From positions 3,495-67,494 of the IMG/VR virus record IMGVR_UViG_3300045988_070370: DNA of 64,000 nt. One strand, 5' to 3'. This DNA comes from a virus. Position 1 is the first letter of the stretch. Each line of letters opens with the position of its first letter. The translations under genes were made by a program, and so were the position numbers. Shown in pieces: positions 29,101 through 35,100 of the stretch. The notes under the pieces were generated by a model. The model was not told the origin of the DNA and made no database searches. It worked only from the letters and a program-made list of their open reading frames with translations.

Positions 29101-32100
29101 TCAGGAGTAACGTCCTTATGTCTCATATAATTACGCTCAAAGATATTCTTCTTGATAACAACTGGCTTGCCTTCTGTTCCGATAGCATCAGCAATTTTCT
29201 TTGGTAAACTAGGCAATTCTACATTTCTGGTAGGATGCAAGAAGTCTTCATCCGTCAATTCATCAACGGACTTAATCTTATCCAGCTTCAAAGTACCATC
29301 CTGATTCAGAGGATTCCCCTGATTATCCTTCAACGAGAACTTTACCTTAGTATAGTCTTTAAATGGCTTTAGCTTACGTTTGCTTGTATCAAGCCACTTG
29401 TCGAACTCATCCTTACTTACTCCAGTAATATTTCCAAGACCTTTCCATCCCTTGCTATAGTTGGCGAGATAAGCCTTTTCTGCATCATCCATGGAGTCAT
29501 AGCCGTACATCACCTTATGCTCATCAAACGAGCCATCAGGATTCACTTGGTCAACGACAAACACATCACCATCCCAATTATCAAGGTCTGCCTTGTCGTT
29601 AATAAACATATCCAGATGGTCGCCATCCTTACCGAACTTACCACGGATATAGCCATAGGTATCGTGCATGGTTACTTTCCACTCTTTGCCATTAGCATCC
29701 TTGCCTGAGCGAGTCGAACCCTTTGGATTCTCTATAGTATAATCGTAGCCACCGAACTTGATGTGTCCCTTCTTGTAGTTGCCACTCTCTTTCTGTGCGT
29801 CAGACGGATTGGTTTCTGTTTCTTCAATAGCAGACTTCAAACGGAGAGAGAACTTGGTGTGATTAGTAATTTGAGCATTGTTCTCGTCAAAGATAACATA
29901 GTTCATCTTGCCTTCCTTGTTACCGCCAGTAGTGCGGTCTGCAATAACCTTAACTCCAACAATACCTTGCTTATTTAAAGCCAAAGATGCTAACTTATCG
30001 GAATGCAGGACTTTGGAAAGTTCGCTGTAAAGCCCATTACCTTTTTGTCTATTCCACAACTGCCAATACTGATACTTTCCATTCTCTGTCTTCTCAAAGT
30101 AATCGTAGTTCCCATCAGAATCATACATAGTATAGCCATCTTCCTCCATAACACGTCTCTTTGCTTCGAGCATTTTAGGAGTGATAGGCTCATCCCATCC
30201 GATGTAGTTATCACCAGTATCATCAGGAATATCAACAGAGTAAAGGTTTCGTGGTTTTCCTATGGAATCCAACTTCTTCTGCAAAGCGTCAATCTTAGTC
30301 TTTACATCTTTGATGTCACTTTCCTTAGTTTTTACATTCTGCTTATATTTTTCAACCTGTTCGCTATAATACATAACATCAGATTCGTACATGTCAACAC
30401 CAAGACCTGTGCCACTTTCCTTTGCCTTTGAAAGTTCTCCCTTAGCCTCATCAAGTCTTGATTGGTACAAATCTACATAGGATTTTGCATCTTTCAACTC
30501 ATCCTCCAATAAATCAAGACCAGACTTGGTATCTGCCAAATTCTGTGCGACAGTATCATAGTCTTCATTAATCTTAAAGTCAGAAGGATTCAAACCTTTC
30601 AAAACATTCAGCTCATCTTGAACTTGCTTGGCTTTCATCTTCGCAAACGGGGTGTCGTCAACGGATGCAAGTTTCTTCTCACCAGCATCTATCATCTGTG
30701 ATATAGCCTCTTTAGCGGAAATGTTAAACTTATCCATATTAAAGGCAACTTGATAGATAATTGATGGAGTTTTATACGTCATAGGTTTATCTTGATACAT
30801 CAGTCTTGAAGGTGCATTCTTCTTTGCATTCTGCTTAGCATAAGCCTTGGCAATACCTTCCACCTCGCTTACATAGGTTCCCCAGCCATAAGCCTGAGCA
30901 CCCTCACCACTACCCATGAAGGAGTGGTCGAACTTGTCAAACGATGCTTGGGAGCCGTGATAAGTCTTGATGGAGAACTTAGGAGCATCAGCTATCTCCT
31001 GATTAATGCTGTTCACAACATCATCAGTAACAATATCGCCCTCCTGAATCTGCTGAGGTTCACGACCAGCCTTGCTTACCAAGTCAGCTTGCTCTGCTCT
31101 GGTCAAGATACGGTTCACCTTCATCGCACCAGTAATCACCCAAGGGTCAGTCTCAGGGTTCGGATTGGTACGATACATATAATAGCCATCAGTAGGCAGA
31201 TGTTTCAGACCAGCCAATGAATGCTGATACTTACCAGATGGATTGATACCCTCTTGGCGAGCTTCCTCCTGATAATCAACATCAGCAGCATATTCCACCT
31301 CAGCGAAGACGAAGTTCTTAGGAAAAAGAGTCTTGTTTCCCTCAGCATCCTTGCGGTTGAACTGGATAGCGTAAGGCACTACACCAAGATGCCAGCCTGG
31401 TCTATAGGCTAGCTTACCGCTACCGCCTTGTGTTCCCTTGCCGCCCTGCTTAACCTGAGGTCTGCCAGTCTTGCTTTCTCCTGCTATAGGAGCCGCATCG
31501 GCATCGAGCCATACACCAACTGGAGTAGCAGCACCATCAGGGTTCGCTACCATTGGTGGATAGAGTTTGCCATCCTTTAGCACGAACACCTTGTAGCCGA
31601 CACCCTTCTTCTTAGGTTCAGGCTTTTGACGGAGAGAGAACGAAACATCTTCGCCAGTCTCAGAGTTTGTCACCTCACCTTTGGCAGTCTTCACGTAGGC
31701 TTGTTCGATAGAGCGGATGATGTTCTTGGTCACATCGCTATACTCAGTACCAAAGAATGCCAACTTAATCTTCTGCAATATCTCATGGATAGCAGCGAGC
31801 AGAGGATGAGACATCTTCATAGCGAGAGTATGAGCCAAGTTGAGGTCACGAATCATTTCACCTACCGCATCAGCAACAACCTCCTCAGCATAGTAATCTC
31901 TAGCACGTCCAGAGAATCCAGCATCGGAATATCTCAGCATGGTCTCATCTACCGCCTTGTCGAAGGCATCAGAGCCATAGGTATCAAGCACAAGCTGAGT
32001 CAACTCATTGTATGCAGCAGGGTTCAGGCTCTTGATTTGGTGAGTCATTTCGTGACCGAAGATGAACTGGGCACCTTCCGTGATGGAAGAGTCTAGAGTG

Positions 32101-35100
32101 ATGAAGATTGTACGATGAACGTTGCCATCAGCATCCTTGGTCTCCTGAATCCAGCCGTTGCCCAACTTGTCGGAGTACTGCCACTGAATGTTGGCACCCA
32201 TCATCTTAGCCAGTCTCTCGAAAGCCTTGCGAGTTTTCTGCCCCACGATGTTGTCAACGACCTTCATATCATCCACCTTATTCTTCTCTACGTCGGCTGC
32301 ACGCTCGGCAGTTGTCTGCTGCTTGCCATTCTCCTTAGCAGAGAAAGGAAGGTCAGATTCATCAAGTTGTTCACCCAAAGGCTTCTCATCCGTTGCATCC
32401 TCGGGAGCCTCAATAGCATTGCTACCCTCTCTTAGTGTGTCAGGGAACTTTGTCTGCTCATTTACAAAATCTCTAAACTCTTTAGCGGTAGCAGCATCAT
32501 AGAACGTTGCACCTTCTGTGATTTCGCTATCTATATTAGAAGAATGATTGAGGTCACGTCCTGCATTGAACTCCTCTTGCAGTTTTCCGAGTTGCTCAAC
32601 GACTTCCGCATTGTCTGGGAAATAAATCACTTGGTTTATATTCTTGCCCTCATCAGGAACAAGAGTACTAACACCAAAGCCATCTTTGCACATCAAGAAC
32701 AAATCAGCGTAGCTATTTAACTTAGATGTAGGGTCTATCTCTAAGCCTTGCTTCTTTGCCCATTTTGCAAGTTCTATAATATTGTTATTAATAGGTTCTC
32801 CTTGTTTATCAATAGCTGGTAAATCTATATTCTCCTCAGCCTTTTTCTTTTCCTCTTCTGCTTTCTTCTCCAGTTCAGCCTTTTTCTTTTCTTCCTCCTC
32901 CTTAGCTTTCTGTTGCTCGTAATATGCAGCATTCTCAGCAGCAGTCCTTTCTTCTTCAATGAGTTTTTCTGCCTGAGCGATACGAATATTCTCAATAAAA
33001 CTTCTTGCTTCCGAAGCCTTGAAACCGCTTGTGAGCACATCAATAAGAGCATTACGAATATCTTGTGTATCGAGAGATTCAAGGTTGGATGGACGATTAT
33101 CCCACAGACTATGTACGAGTGCATCTATAGTCGTTCCTTTGCCATCAGCAGCGAGCAACTGGGTCTTGGCAAAGTCTTCTCTGCTCAATCCAGTCTCTTG
33201 CTTAACACCCTTGCTTGTTTCTGTTCCCTCATAGTTGAGAGAGTGAGCACCGAGGTTGCTAGCCACATACTCCTCAGCAGTAAGCGGAATGGTATCTGTC
33301 ACATCAATGCCTGTACCATCATACAGACGATGCAGCAGAGTTCCAACCGTCTCCTTATAGATTTGAGCAACAGCCTCTGCATCATCCTTCACCGCACTCT
33401 TCAAGCGAGCAAACTTTCTTCTTGCCTTCTCAATAAGATTCTTTCTGCCCTCAGCAGTATCTTCCACCTTGGCAAGTTGTCGCTCATTATAGGCATCACG
33501 GATAGCGATAGCAGAGTCATAAGCCGCCTGAGCATCAGCAATAGCCTTCTCCTTAGCATCCTTGGAAGCCTTCTGTTCTAAGAAAGTCTTACCCTTCACG
33601 GTCATGTTGTTAGCCTTGTCGAGTGCCTTCTTTGCATCAGACACATATCCAGATACGATACTATCTGCATCCTCACCAAACTGATTATCATATAGCTCAG
33701 CAGTCTGTGCGGCAGTCAGCTTCGAGAAGTCAGGATTGCCATCCTCCAGCATAGGTACGATGGTTCCATCTTCAAGGGTAATGGTAGGAGCAGCAGGAGT
33801 CTGTTCTGTTGCAGGAGTCTCAGTAGTCTCATCAGAAGGAGCAGTAGTCTCTGTATTCTCTGCTACCTCAGGAGTTGTTTCATCCTCTATTGTAGGAGAT
33901 TCCACCTCTATCTCACCTCTATTCTCTCCACTATTATCCTCTATCATTGAGGAGGCAGCAAATGCTTGCTTATACTCATCGAGCGACATAGAAGAGATTG
34001 TAGCCACATCTTCTTTGTTCACAGCATGAGGAACAATAGTACCATCACTCTTCAACTCAACTACCTTAGCCTTAGCACCAGTATCACGAATAAGGAACAA
34101 CTTGGAGTCAGGGTATTTAGTGTTACCATCCTCATCAAGTACATCAACGAGCACCACGTTTCCATTATCATTAAGTATTTGATTGAAATCAAATGAAGGT
34201 TGAGTCTCTTCTGTCTCCTGAGTCTGTTGGTCTGCACGTTCCTTCTCCAACTGCTCACGCTGAGCCTTAGCAGCTTCCAGTCTCTTCTGGTCTTCCAAGT
34301 CTTTCATCTGCTGCAAGTCTGCAAGCGAATAAGGATTCTCCACCACGTTACCATCTATAGAGACAGCAGCAGTACCATCACCATAATCAGCCAACACCTC
34401 ATAGGTATGTTCAATACCATCAGTATCAGTCACATTGAACTGAGAGCCAACCTCTACAGTTCCGTCAATGATGCCAGCAATCTCTTTGATAGCATTCTCT
34501 TTTGCATCAGCTACCGCCTGAGCCTTCACATCATCAGCAGGAAGTTCTTCACCCAGTTCAGCAAACATCAACGCATCAGCATGTTCTACACTATTCGTTG
34601 TCGGGTCGTAGTAGAGAATCATATCATCACTATTGCTTACATCAATAGAACCATCTTCATGAGTAGCAATATTACCGCTGATAATATACACACCATAATC
34701 TTCCAAACCGCCTGATGCTTTGATGGTAGCGTTACGAACGGAGCCACGACTTCGGTCTGTGTACATATCCACTTTCTGTGCCGCCTGATGAGCAGCTATA
34801 TCAACCTTGTCTTGTGCATCATCAATCACACCTTGGTATCGGGCAGAAGACAACTGATAATCATAGATAGCTTGGTCAAGTTTATCATCCTGTCCTGTCA
34901 GGGATTCCAGTTCCTCATCACTCATGGCAGATAGCTGCTGCTCAGAGATGCCAAATGCTGCTGCAAGAGTCTTCATCTGGTCTTCCTGCTGAATCTGAAT
35001 ATCATGCTTGTCTGCATCATCTGCATTATGACCTTCCGTATAAGCATCATCAAGGTCGTTTGATAATGTTGGAGCAGTATCACCTTCTTCAACCTTATCT

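Noticed and set aside
22263-33581. Many 60-250-aa plus-strand ORFs inside the giant gene (e.g. 22263-23000, 23277-23975, 25239-25877, 32913-33581).
   Set aside because: All are antisense or off-frame to an uninterrupted 17-kb ORF with multiple recognisable enzyme motifs. Their Leu/Ser/Ile-rich composition is typical of mirror-frame artefacts.
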